Assembly: GCA_028534125.1 (NCBI GenBank)
Contig: CM052818.1
Span: 4,032,001 to 4,096,000 of the forward strand
Direction: 5' to 3'
Origin: Lama glama
Taxonomy: Eukaryota
Length of the DNA: 64,000 bases
Below the pieces are notes generated by a model that was not told the origin of the DNA, did no database searches, and was given only the letters and a program-made list of their open reading frames with translations. This document shows, piece after piece, positions 24,508-36,731 of this stretch. The position numbers and the translations under genes were made by a program. Within the stretch, counting starts at the first letter, position 1. Every line of letters begins with the position of its first letter.

Positions 24508-27500
24508 CTTTAAGAAGAAAGGGAAGCATTTTATTAAAAAGATCCCCCAAAGCGAGTGGGTATATTATGATGCACCTGATGTGATGGTCAGGCCCACTCT
24601 ACTAGCAAGAGATCTGGGAACAAAATGGAAGATCTCTCCTCTTCCTCTGCAACAATTGGCCCCACATCCCCCTCACCTTTTTTTTCTATTTCTTTGACTG
24701 ACCTTTCACCATCCTCTTCTAACCTCCCAAGCCCCTCAAGTTCTCCCTGCTGGAAGTTGCTGTTATGTAAAAGCCTTGTTCATTGGGTTAATTTATACTA
24801 AGGTGTGAGTGACTGGCAACAGCCTAATGGGAAGTGGTTACTGACTCTATCTGAAACAGCAGGCCGATTTTGAAATCTTATCTTGTAGCTTTCTAAGCTG
24901 GTCACCACTGATCCCCCGCCATACTCCCAACAGGCACTGTGCTGCTTGGGCTGGAACTGGGGATGAAGGTGCAAGGATGAAGCTTTGGGTCAGGTGAGGG
25001 TATCCACCAGCTGTCAAATCCCACTGGTGAAATGACAGTCCTCAACCTTCTGGTGAGCTAACTCTGCTTCCCGTTCTTAATGAGCCCTGGTGTCAAGAAA
25101 TCATCTCTGCCACGAGGGGGCAGTACCCCTCATGCCTCATTATTTTTATAACCAGTAGCGAAGAAATGGAATAGACCTGAAAACTGTCATTAAAACTTGC
25201 CAATAACCTAAAAATCATCCTGCACCTTTTGCCTCGCCCATGGTCTTGGGTTTCTAGTTATTGACACACCTTCTTTTTGCTGTTGGACAAAGTAGGTGGG
25301 GACGTCTCGGCACATCTCTTTGATGGACACTCCATACTGGGCCAAGTTCTTGACCCGGTCGGGTAGAACAGTGTAGGTCAGGCCGTGAGTGGATGGATAA
25401 CGCTTTAAAGGCTGGAAGAGGTGGCATTTCAAAATGGTGAGACAGTAATAGAGGAGGTACAGCAAAGAAGAAGAGGAGAGAAACCTATTCCAGTGCCCCG
25501 GGGGCCATTCAATTTACAGAAATAGCCGAGAACCCAAACTTGGCTTTGAGTTTCGTCTCTAGCAGTAATATCCTATCTGGCCACAAGACGGCGAAAGTAC
25601 TCCAGAAAATCTGTGTGTGAGCCTGCGTGGCCCTGTGACTCAGCCTGAACTCCATTCCCTTAAGTTCTCAAAGCGTCCAGCCTCCAGTGTTTTTCTCATC
25701 TCTAATGATAATATAGAATAGACTTAAACTTATGTGTTTCATTTATATTATGTTTTTACTTGTTATAAATCAGATGAATGGGGTACTTTCTACCTGTCTT
25801 TTAAAAAATGGACAATTTGTTTTACTTTTCGTGACCCAAAGTGCATTCTTTTCCCCCAAGAGTCAGTGGTCCTCCTGCCACAGGCAGTGTTGCTCAAATG
25901 TGCTGGGCAAGTTGCTTTAGCAAATGACACCAGATTTCAATGACTTGCCAAAGATGTCTGCTGATTTTTAATTTATTTGACAGCGCTTGTCATTTAAGAG
26001 GCTGAGCGAAAGAGCATTTCGGCCTAAAGATAATATGTGCATATGAGTTTAGAACGTGGGTAGGGGAGGATAGAAGGCATGAGGATAAAAATGCTCTTTT
26101 AGTTCACACTAATATTTATATTTACCTATGTTAGTGAATATAAATGGTTGAACATAAATTGTGTCATCGCCTGGAATTTTAATCGATCTTTTTTCATTCA
26201 TATGATTTGACTTAATTGGGCTGTGGACTGGACTCAGGGTCTTTTGCATGATAAGAATAAGCATGAACTGAGCTCCCCCGTGTGGACAGCATCATCCTAG
26301 GATGTCAGGATGCAGAGCTGGAAACCACCAAACGAGGAGGGGACCACAGTTAGTTGGTCTCACTTACCTTGTGGTCCAGGGCCTTAATAATGTCATCCAA
26401 AGTTGGGAAGGCAGACGGGTCCATCTTGGCCAGGACACAGGCCATCTTGCTAAACAGCTTAGCAGCCAAGAGGGCCTTAAAGCAACACAGCAGAATCAGG
26501 TCATTCAGTCAATCAAACATAGTGAACTCCTACTTGCCATCAGTTGGGGCACATGGCTGTTCTTCAGACTGTGGTGTGGAGCACCCTGGCAGAGACCAGC
26601 AAGCAACGTGCAGCATACAGGGCCCTGCTGTGCCCAAGGGCTCCCGGCACTGTCACTGCTGCAGGTAGGGGAAGGAATCCCCCAGGGGCACTCTGCACAC
26701 CACTAACACATTGGTGGGACTGGAGGGGGAGGGGGTCAGCCCCAGTAGCAAGGCGGAATTTAAGGTGCTGTCCATGGTCCTCAGCCACCTCCATGACCCT
26801 CAGCTTCCCCATTGGTAAAGCAGGAACAGTGAGCCCTCCCCCACGGGGCTGCCACGAGGATGGGACAAGATACCTACAGCTCGGCACGTCATCGCGAGAG
26901 TGCTCTCTGGACGTTCGGGGTGAGGAGGGGCCTTGGTCCAAACCCCTAGACTCGGATTCCAGTCCTGAGTCTGCCACTGACCACTCCCCTGCCCCCACAC
27001 CCCCTTACGTGGCCGTGGGCCTGTCACATGGCCTCTCAGCTTCGGAATAGATCAGCGGTTCTCCAGCTGAGCCTGACTGAGCCCCTCTCCCTCCTCCAGC
27101 CAGAGCAGTGCTGACTTCTGTTCCACATAGTGGAATTCCATGGAACAGTTTATTTGAAGAAAAATCCCTCTGCTGAAAACAGAGCTGGACATCCCTAGGC
27201 TGCCTGCCTTCTAAGAGGGCTCAGGAGATGCTCCTTGTGGAAACTGGGAGTGGTTGGGTGAAGTGTAAGGGAGACGGTGCTTGGGGAGGAGAGCGTGGGT
27301 GGTCCCGGCAGGTGCAGAGGGAAAGCCTGTGTTTTGGGTGTCTATCCTGAGATGTCTGGTGTGGAGGTAGGAGAGGGGCTTCCAAACAGCAGGGGCTGGA
27401 TGGCAGAGGGCCTTCTGGGCCCCAGTCAGGAGTGTGGGCTTTCCCTTCATTTAATCCTCTTAGAATCCTATTGGGTAGGAAAGGTGGTCATTGATGGTGC

Positions 27501-30069
27501 TTTGCAGATGAGGACACCCGGGCACACAGAGGCTGAGTGATGTCTCTGTGGTCGTAGATCGTTTCTATCCAGGACCAGGCTGAGGACGCGGGCCGTCGCA
27601 TCCCAGTCCTGCATCCTCCTGCCAGATCAGAGTACCTAACCACACAGGCAAGTCGAGGCAAGGTTTCTCAAGGTGACAATTCATGTATTCTTCTGCTCTG
27701 GAAATAAACTGCTTAAGATCTGAGATCAAGACAAAATAACCTCTTATTTACAAACTAGAAATAGACTCACTGACATAGAGAACAAACTGTGGTTGCCAAA
27801 GGGGAAAGGTGGGGGGAGGATAAATTAGAAGGTTGGGATTAACAGACACACACTACCATACACAAAACAGATAAACAACAAGGGCCGGCTGTATAGCACA
27901 GGGAACTACATTCAAGTTCTTGTAATGATCTGTAATGAAAATAATCCGAAAATATACATATATATGTATGTATATGTAGAACTGAATTTCTTTGCTGTCC
28001 ACCTGAAACTAACATTGTAAATCAGTTACACAAAATAACCTTTAGAGCACAGACCAGTGATAGGAAATAAGGGTCCTTTAAATGGCTCTCTCATTTCAGA
28101 GGCCTTCAGGAGCCCTGTGACGTCAACACCACACAGGAACACAGAGACCACAGAAGGTCCTCCTACAGTCGATGGCTTGAAAAGAAGTCACTGCAGCAGC
28201 TGGAAAGCTGGTCCCTTGTCTAGAGAGATGTGTTCCCTCACGAGCCTAAACCTAGAGAAAGCCTACGGAGACGGGGTCCTCTCCGCCCTGGGAGAGCATA
28301 CGGCTAGATTTTGGAGCAGACAAGGCTTTCTTGGGCATTGTAACGAACGTGTTCCACATCTTACATTCTCGTAGTCCAAGATTCCATCCCATTCACTCAA
28401 AACATTGTTGTCTCGGATGCTGACCATACCTCGAAAGGCATTGACACGGATGCTCTGGGTCCCAACAGATCCATCCAGAGGATGGCTGTCACTGATGTCC
28501 TGGAGAAAACCAAGGGGGAACAGGGGGAACAGTTGAAAGTCCAGAGTTCCTGCATTGCCCATATCTTGCAGGTTTAAAGGTACCCCTTTACATGTCCCAA
28601 GAAATTTGAGGGAGGCCGCCCGGGATAGTCACCCTTAAAACACTTCTGCTGAAGGAGGACCAGGCAGGTTGGACCCTCTCCACCCTTCACTTACCAGCAG
28701 GGCCAGAGATGGAGTTAGGAAGAAGGCCACAAGGATGGAAGGCGCAATCTGAAATGGAGACAAATATCAGTGCACCTGCTCCCTTAGCCTCAGACAAGCC
28801 CAGAGCCTGGAACCCATCAGACCCCCAAGGTCAGAGCCCTTTTGAAAGATCCAACACTTTCACAGTGTTTCTTGGAGGCCTCAGTACGTATTAGGAGACT
28901 GTCATTCAGTGTGGTTGAGATGGGATGTGCTGGCTACTCAAGAAGCAAAGCGTTACTGCTCATTCAAGGATGCTTTTTGCTTTGTTCTACATCTACTGTC
29001 AATCCCCGGGTGGAGTATTAGGCAATCTGACCAACCACCTGATGTGCACATAGTGCAGGACCATTGTCAATCATATTGCAAAATGAGTGATTGTTCGGGT
29101 CCCTAGTCTTTCCTTCTGTACCTTCCTCTTTCTTCCCAACCAGTGGGGACCCCCTCTCTGTACCCTCTGGAATCTGGTCTCCCCCTTGCTTTCCTTTCCT
29201 CCAGAATCTCCCACTTTGCCTGAGCATAAAAAAACCATGCACCACTTATATACACCTTATTTTGCAAGAGATTTTACTCAAATGTTACTAGTTCTTGAGA
29301 CCTATGCGGTGAATCGTTTGCTCTTGGTGTGACCTGCCTTCCTTGCCTGTTGAAGGAGTTTTGGGCATCAGAGACTAATTGAAAGAGAATTAGATGGGCA
29401 GAAACAGGCTAGGATGAGGGTGGCAGCAAATCTTTCCCTGCACCTCATTGTTCATTTTCTGGTCTATTTCAGGCTCGCTCAGCTCAAGTTCACTTACAAC
29501 ATAAGCTGAAATGGATGGAAAACTCCCTTCTCTTCCATCCCTACAACAGCCTATGCAATATTCCACATACAGGACACCATGAAGGTGAGATACACCCTCA
29601 AAGGAAGAGAAAACGGCTCCTCTCTGAACAATTACCACAATGCAGTGAGGCTAACCAAGGAGAAATATGAGATGCGGACAGCAATAATATTTCATTAAAC
29701 TATTCTGAGAGTTGGTGCCTTATATTTAATACACCTGAAACTTCCTCATTGGAAATTTGTAAATAAGATGAATCTAGGGAGAGAAGACCCTAAAATATGA
29801 ATATCTTCTCAACCTTCCAAGATCCTTGGACTTTGAAGAAATGAGTTATTAGTTCTTTTGGGAAAGACTTATCATTCTGATGTTTTAAAACAGAGAGGAT
29901 TACCAAAAGGGAGGTTATGTGCCAAATTAATATTTGGAAATTCTATATTTAGGATTAATTTGAAGAATCCATGGAGAGAAAAAAAAAACCTACTCCCTAA
30001 CTCTTCTGGGCTCTGAAAACCTCATCACTTGTATTCAAAATCAGAAAATGTACTTACAAGGTGTTTCAT
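24413..30069 (-). CDS. GKN3: Gastrokine-3, intact, 6 coding exons: complement(join(24413..24507,25270..25411,26368..26475,28365..28499,28695..28748,30058..30069)), 181 aa
   Basis: The spliced translation is [181 protein letters not shown]. It has the same exon phases as GKN2, 4 Cys, a signal peptide and a BRICHOS domain, and lies convergent with GKN2 as in the human cluster. Confidence 0.95.
25108..25125 (+). promoter_or_regulatory. CTCF-like motif in GKN3 intron 5
   Basis: TGCCACGAGGGGGCAGTA is close to the consensus CCASYAGRKGGCRS. Confidence 0.6.
25270..25411 (-). CDS. GKN3: GKN3 exon 5 (PLKRYP...[15 protein letters not shown])
   Basis: Acceptor ctcttccag, phase-1 donor gtgtgt, MCR-x-VPTY BRICHOS motif. 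Confidence 0.94.
26368..26475 (-). CDS. GKN3: GKN3 exon 4 ([19 protein letters not shown]...DHK)
   Basis: Acceptor ctttaag, donor gtaagt, BRICHOS Cys. Confidence 0.96.
27743..28029 (+). mobile_element. L1 3'UTR fragment in GKN3 intron 3
   Basis: Homologous to L1 2550-2840; 12-bp TSD acaaaataacct at 27731-27742 and 28030-28041. Confidence 0.9.
28365..28499 (-). CDS. GKN3: GKN3 exon 3 (DISDSH...[11 protein letters not shown])
   Basis: Acceptor ttctccag, donor gtaaga, gastrokine WD-x-I-x-DY motif. Confidence 0.96.
28695..28748 (-). CDS. GKN3: GKN3 exon 2 ([18 protein letters not shown])
   Basis: Acceptor ccatttcag, donor gtaagt, 54 nt signal peptide exon. Confidence 0.92.
30058..30069 (-). 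CDS. GKN3: GKN3 coding exon 1 (MKHL)
   Basis: Minus strand ATG AAA CAC CTT then gtaagt; parallels GKN2 exon 1. Confidence 0.85.
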
Positions 30070-30144
30070 ATTGCTTCCCTCTCAGACTCCAGGCAGCTGC
30101 ACGCAGAAAAAAATGTTCATGCCCCATTTATTTTCTAAGTCTGA

Positions 30145-30152
30145 TTTATATA
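30145..30152 (-). promoter_or_regulatory. Candidate GKN3 TATA box (TATATAAA)
   Basis: About 80 nt upstream of the GKN3 ATG on the minus strand; an AATAAATGGGG variant lies slightly closer. Confidence 0.55.
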
Positions 30153-31194
30153 GTCTTGAGCCTTTCAACTATCACCCTGATAAAGGATTCTGTGGAATTA
30201 ATTGTAATCTGGATACCATTCAGAGGGAAAACAGGCAAGTTTATGTAAACACTCTTACCATTTTACTTTAACTACTTCTAAATATTTTCCCTGTTCCCAG
30301 ATACCTCCACTGGTTCCAAGGCAAACACAGTAAATGAACGGGGCTTTGTGGGTTGGCATGACCATGACATTAACCACTAAAGTAAGGACGGCAAACAGTA
30401 GCTCTCACAAGGCAGGCCTGATGCAAAGTCAATGAGTTCATTGTTTTTACTTCTCAGTTCCTGAAAAATGCCTTACTAACACTGGAGGTGGTTGAGAAAA
30501 GTCTTATGGAGATGAAAGAGGCAGATTGGAAGTCCAAGATTAGATCGGAAAGCAATCTGATCCAGGTCTTCACGCAAACCCAAAATCACATGGTTGGTTC
30601 TGAAATGCCCCCTGCCCACCTACCACGCTGATTTCATTTTACCTCTTCAAACACCTACCTCTGATTGACTTGCCTGATATTCTGACATTTTGCTTCTATT
30701 ACAATGCGTTGTCCCTCCTCCCAGTTTGCATTTCACGGTGCTTTTTTATTTTCTCCCATAAAGGACCGTTTGACCAACCCTGGAACTCCTGAGACAAAGG
30801 GAACACCTTTCTATGACCAGTCAACACTAATTCAGACTTTTTGATACATTTTCTTATTTTTGTTCCAGCCCTTGGCTGGTAGTGACCCAACTACCTGGAT
30901 TAAATTCCAAAAGACCAGAATCAAATAGATACTTCTGTCAAGAGAAGATGAAGAATATTGATGAGGTTGGGCACTGGAATGGTTAAAGTGGGAAGACAGA
31001 CAGCTCAGTCCTTACACTGCTTACTGTGAATTGGCAATGGGAACATGAAATAGGAGGGCCTCTGTTAGGTCATTCAGGGCTCAGATAAGATCATACTCAA
31101 ATCTCTGTTGCTGTCAGTACTTTGAAAACACCATGCACAGAGCACATACTCAATAGTTATTGACTGAATAAGTCAAATGTATTAAAAGAATGAC

Positions 31195-32170
31195 TTTCAT
31201 TTTTGTGCATGAAGATCTCCATTTCCCCCAATACCATTTGTTAAAGAGATCATCCTTTTCTTAGTTTTGATTACTATAGCTTTGTAATATAGTTTGAAAT
31301 CAGAAAGTGTGATGCCTCCAGCTGTGTTCTTCTTTCTCAAGATTGCTTAGCCTGTTTGGGACCAAAGACTTAAATATATAAGACCTGAAATTGTAGAACT
31401 CCTAGAAGGAAACATAGGGGGAAAATCCTTGATATTGGTTCCAGCAGTTTCTTGGATGCCACACCAAAAGCACAGGCCAAATAAAAGCTAAAATAAATGA
31501 GACTATACCAAACTAAAGATCTTTTGCTCAGCAAACTATCAGTAAATTGAAAAGATGACCCATAGAATGAGTCAAAATATTTGCAAACCATTTATCTGCT
31601 AGGGGTTATTATTCAAAATGTATAAAGGACTCATACAACTCAATAGCAAGAAAAGGAAATAATCTGGTTAAAATGGGCAAAGGATCTGAATAGACATTTT
31701 TTAAAGAAGACATACAAATGGCCAAAAGGTAAATGAAATGTGCTCAACATCACTAATCATCAGAAAAAACGCAAATTAAAACCACCGTAATATATCACCT
31801 CATACCTGTTAGAATAGCCTTTATCAAAAAGACAACGTAACAAATGTTGGCAAGGATGTGGAGAAAAGGGAACCCTTGTACACCGTTGGTGGGAATGTCA
31901 ATTGGTACCACCTATGGAAAACAGCATGATGGTGACTCCAAGACTGAAAATTGAACTACCAGATAATTCACCAATCCTACCCCTGGGTATGTAGCCAAAG
32001 GACCTGAAATCAGTATCCTGAAGAGATATCTGCACACCCACATTTTTTGCATCTTTATTCACAACATCCAAGATATGGAAACAACCTTAGTGTCATTTGA
32101 CTGATGAATGAATGAGGAAATGATCCATATATCACATATAGATGGGTATGAATATTATTCAGCCATTAAA
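31195..32170 (+). mobile_element. L1 ORF2 3' part with inverted 5' segment (31195-31360 antisense, 31361-32170 sense)
   Basis: Antisense ORF2 phrases switch abruptly to sense 'aaagacttaaatatataagacctgaaa...'. Confidence 0.8.
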
Positions 32171-32329
32171 ATATGGATACGTATGTTTGTTAATAACTAA
32201 CTATTCGGCCACATAGTCAAATCTGCACTATTTCTGCAAAGGCCAACAGCCACGTGCACAAAAGAAAAATCGATAATATTCAAGCCACGGAGTCTCATTA
32301 ACGAATGAAATTTGGCCAAAAGAATGTTT

Positions 32330-32920
32330 GGAAAGCTCTTCTCTCTTGCCCTACATTCTCTCTTCCACCTTCCAGTCCATCCCACGGACTCTTTCAAGTC
32401 TTGCTACTTCCCTTTTCCGAAGTCATCGGAGGGTTTGCATGATTTGGCCCCCACTAACCTTTGCAGCCCCGTCTCCCATTTCTCTCTAACCTATGCCAAG
32501 ACAGTGGCTCTCCACTGGTCCCCAGATGGAGCCCTTGCTAACCAAACTCCAATCCTTGGTTCATGCCAGGAGATCCTTTGCTCTCTCTTCCCTTCTTATC
32601 CATTCCTCAAGGCCGATTTGAACAGCACCACACTCTGCAGCCTCCCATCACTCCCAGACAAACATGATCTCATCTTCTTATTCACAGCATCACAGTTACC
32701 TGCTTGCGCCTTACTTTGCTACTTGCAGTCTTCATTGTGCTGCATTTACTTGTATAGTCGTCTGATCAGGCCATGAAATCACACATTTATGTCAGTAGAC
32801 TGTAGACCTCATAAGGTTAAAGACTCTGTTATTCTCAGCTGCAGCTCTAATCTCTAATATTTAGAGCAGTACCTGGCAGAGTAGCTACTAAAATATATAG
32901 CCATTAAATAAATGAATGAA
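32330..32920 (-). mobile_element. L2 fragment
   Basis: 'catgatttggcccccactaacct...tagactgtagacctc...gtacctggca...aaatgaatgaa'. Confidence 0.55.
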
Positions 32921-34519
32921 GGGATGGCACCGATGGCATATTACCCATCTCTCTACCTCCTGGAGTACTTAGCTGTGTTCAGCACAGAGTGGGTGCAAAG
33001 TGAATAATTGTTGAATTTAATGGCAAGTCATGGAATTAAGTGGCTAATAATCATGTGAATGAGGAAGACAATTAAAATCTGAACTGCATAGCATGTACAG
33101 CGAGAAAAAAAACGGCCCTCTTTGTAAACTCCAATCATAGTGCAATTACAAGGTTAGCCGAGACGCTGTTAATGTTTCTACCCCTGGATTTGAGGGCAGG
33201 GGGTGAAGAAAAAGGAAAATGAAAGCCAAGTGTCTGCAAAATTGTTTTCCTTTTATCTTGCATCCTGGAACCTCTGGCAAGAGCAAGACTCATTTGCCCG
33301 GATCCCTTGTTCTGCTTGGTATTTGCTAAACACCTTTTGATTTCCTCTGCAATGTACCCATGACCTGCTATAAACCAGAAACTTCCTCACCCTTATTTTA
33401 CATTTGCTAGCTGCATCCTAGTGTGCAGCCTTCTCTGTAATCACCCTGTCATGCGACTGATATTTAACTAATCTTTCCAGCTGTGCAGAACTCAGCCGAC
33501 ATCACTACTGAGGTATCATTTGTTTAATTAGTAAAGCTTTGCTCCTGCCCTCCATCCTTATATTTCTTCCCTGAAGCCGATGAAAAATATAAGTCAATAA
33601 TCAATCATGTCATGTTGGTCTACAAACCAGTGCTCCTTCTGAGATTCATGGTTTGTTTGATTGTGTTTAATGAGTTCTTTCCAGAGTCTGATACCCAGTG
33701 TACCTGGACTTGTCCGTCCTTGTGCCACTTGTTTCAGGTGCCTAGATTCAGTTGCGGTTATATTCATACGCTTTCTGTGGTTATTTTCAAGGCCCACCCC
33801 CGCCCTTCTTTTTCTTCCCTTCGGATTTCCCTCCTCAGACCCGTTACCTTCTGAATGCCTCCATATATCCTGGAACCAGGGGTCTGGCCTTCCAGAATGC
33901 TGCCCGCCTCAGCCCCATCTGCTCCAGTTTTTTTTTTTTTTTCCCTGTCTGGCTCACTTTTCCCTGAATGTTCCTTTTGTCCTCCCTGGACCCCAGACCC
34001 AAGTATTTTCTCCAAAGCAGGCACGTCTGAGCCTGCGTTTCCTGAGCGGGTGCAACCTCCTAGCAAACATTACCTCGCTGCATCTCGGGTCTGCTCCGAG
34101 CTGCTTGTCTTGTCTCGGTGTCTCCTCACCTGCAATCGTTTCATCGCTCCCGCTTCTTCCTGAAGTTCTTTCCAGGTAAGTTAACAGCCAGGACCCAGCG
34201 TGCCCTCTCTTGTCATGATGTCATCTTTTACAAAGTTAATTTTTCCAGCAGAGTTTTTCTTAAAGCAAGGCTTCTCCTCTAGGGCCATGACTCGGGGATG
34301 GTTCTAAACCAGCCTCCTGATATTGCACGTAAAACTTTATTTGTGGCTGCACACGAGGTATGTTCCTCCAGGGAGAAGAGTCATAGAACAGGGCCTGGGT
34401 CGTGCAGAGATCGCAAGGATGACTAAAGACGATGCTTTTTTTCCTCCAAAGAGCCCTCTGTCAGCTGGGGGAAATGAGAGGTTTAATTTGTGGTCTGTTC
34501 CGACTGCAAGCTGTTTTGA

Positions 34520-35075
34520 AGGGGACATTTGACACCATTGAGACCCCTCTCTCCACTCAGTGGGTCTCCAGGACACACACTTGCCTGGTTTTGTTCCTGC
34601 CACTCTGATCATCTCTTCTCCCTTGCAATTCTCCAACATCAGAATATGGGCAATCCTAGACCTTAGTCCTTAGGCCTTTCCTCTTTGGGGTCTACATTTA
34701 GCTCAGTTAGTGATTTCACTCTTCTTTGCTCAGGGCCTTTGCATGTTCTGTTCGATTTGTCTGGAACATTAACCTCCAGGAATCCTCGTTTTGCTTCCTC
34801 ATCTTTTGAGATCAATATGTAACCTCCCTTAGACCTTCCCTGAGCCCCTGAGACTGTAGAATCCACCCCTGACATCCTCTCTCCCCTCCTGCTTTGTTTC
34901 CCTCGAGCACATTGACCCCGCTATATAGTTTGCCTATGAAACCATACCCATTTCTTACACTAGGATGTAAGCTCTTTGAAGTCAGGGACTTCCGTCTGCT
35001 TTTTTGACTGCTCTATCCCCAGCCCATACGCAATGAGCAGCACCTAGGTACTGCGTAAATGATTGTGAATGAAGC
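34520..35075 (-). mobile_element. L2 fragment(s)
   Basis: 'ctcagggcctttgcatg...ctaggatgtaagctctttgaagtcagggact...gctctatccccagc'. Confidence 0.65.
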
Positions 35076-35561
35076 AGTAATAATTACTGTAAGTGCCCTC
35101 AACCAGAAAGGCTGTCCTGAGAGAGGAGAGCCACGAGGACCCAATTTAGAGGCAGGGGAGTAGCTGGGGAGGAGTCAGGCCTCTCTGAGAAGGGACGTTT
35201 GGGCTAAGACCTTCCAGAAACATAGGTTTGGCCAGTTAGGAGTGTGGGGTTGAGTGGGGAAGCAGTCTGGTCAACTGTTTTTGGTTTGCTGGGGACTGAG
35301 AGTCCTCCTCAATGCTAAAAGGAAAGTGTCAGGCAGACCAGGGTACGTGGGTCACTCTAGAGGAGGGAGGAGGGCGTGCTCCCAGCAGAGGCTGGGCCCA
35401 GGGCGAGTGTTCTGTGGGAAGGTGGCAAGGTCTTGGCTTGGTGGGACGTGGAGCTGGGTCTGTGTTGTTTTCTATTGTCTGTGTGATTGGAAGCCACCGG
35501 AGGGTCTTTTTAAAACCTCTCTTAGCTCTCTGTGGACAATGAGTTGGAAGCTGGTGAGAGT

Positions 35562-36078
35562 TATTGTCATGTCCAGACTTTTTCTGCTCGCCACACAACA
35601 GGTCAACAAATCGGGTGATGAGGGGTTGAGGCAAGGAATGTCAACTTTATTCCGAAAGCCAGCAGACTGAGAAGATGGGAGACTAATGTCCTGGAGAACC
35701 ATGTTACCCAAATCAGCATTCAGGCTCCTTTTGTACTAAAAAGGGGAGGGGGTGTGGTTGGTTGTTGCAAACTTCTTGGTGTCAGAATCCTTTGTTCTTG
35801 CAGCTGCCCGCATGGGGCAGGTCATGGTGTCCCTGTAAACATCCAACAAGACAAATGCTATTCTCTGTTCTCTGCAACTCTTTGTCTCTATATGAATGGA
35901 AATGTGTTATACCCTTAAAGGTCAGAGCCTTGAAGATGGGCCATCGTATTTCAGGCTATAGGCAGCCTTCTTTACAAAAGGTGCAGAACCAGTGTGACTA
36001 AGCACAGGCAACAGAGCACAGGGTTAGAGCTGGAGGAATAGATTTAATATGGAGTCAGATTGGTTCTTCCCTGTTACA
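35562..36078 (-). mobile_element. ERV solo LTR, about 517 bp
   Basis: Ends in 'ctgttaca', has minus-strand AATAAA (tttatt near 35646), and a candidate 4-bp TSD gagt at 35558-35561 and 36079-36082. Confidence 0.65.
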
Positions 36079-36731
36079 GAGTGAATGTGGCGAATTGTTA
36101 CCTCTTGGTAACAAGGGTTCTGAAAGGGGGTCTGGGTTTTATGAGCTTCATTCCAGGCCCTTGGGGTGGCGGGGAGGGGACAGACTTCAGCTATTGCTAC
36201 CTCATCTCTTGGGATTGGACAGAGTGGGCAGATTGGGACCTAATTTCAGTTAATAGAGGCACTTACTGTGAATTGCTAAGTGGGTGAGATCGGAGTGGTT
36301 TCTTGATAAAGAGAGAGCTTGTCAAGGGGGATTTCTGGGCCATTTTCTACATCAAATCAACAGAGGTGTTAATCCTCAATCTAGACAAGAGAATGATGCA
36401 ATTGCAGATTTTGGCTGGAAACCCCACTGCAGATTAACCAGCTGTCAAGGGCCCCAGCTGCCAGCAGACAGGCCTCGATGATGGAGAATGCCGGACATTC
36501 CGGGCTGACTCCCCGCCCTGGGCGCAGCAGCAGCGCCCATGCGCTGGGCGCCCTAGTGCTTTCCTGCCTGCCGTCACCACACCCCAGGGGGCGGGGAGAC
36601 CCGTTTGGTACCAGACTGTAGGGTGGTATCTCCTGGCCCAGACTCTTTAAGGCAAAATCTACCCTCTAGGAAAAGGGATTGGCAGACAAATGAGCATCAT
36701 CACAGTTATTGTCCCCTTGAAAAGAACTCTT

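Noticed and set aside
26302..27050. Long ORFs of 134-168 aa
   Set aside because: They are antisense to GKN3 exon 4 or fall in GC-rich intron 3, and show no protein homology.
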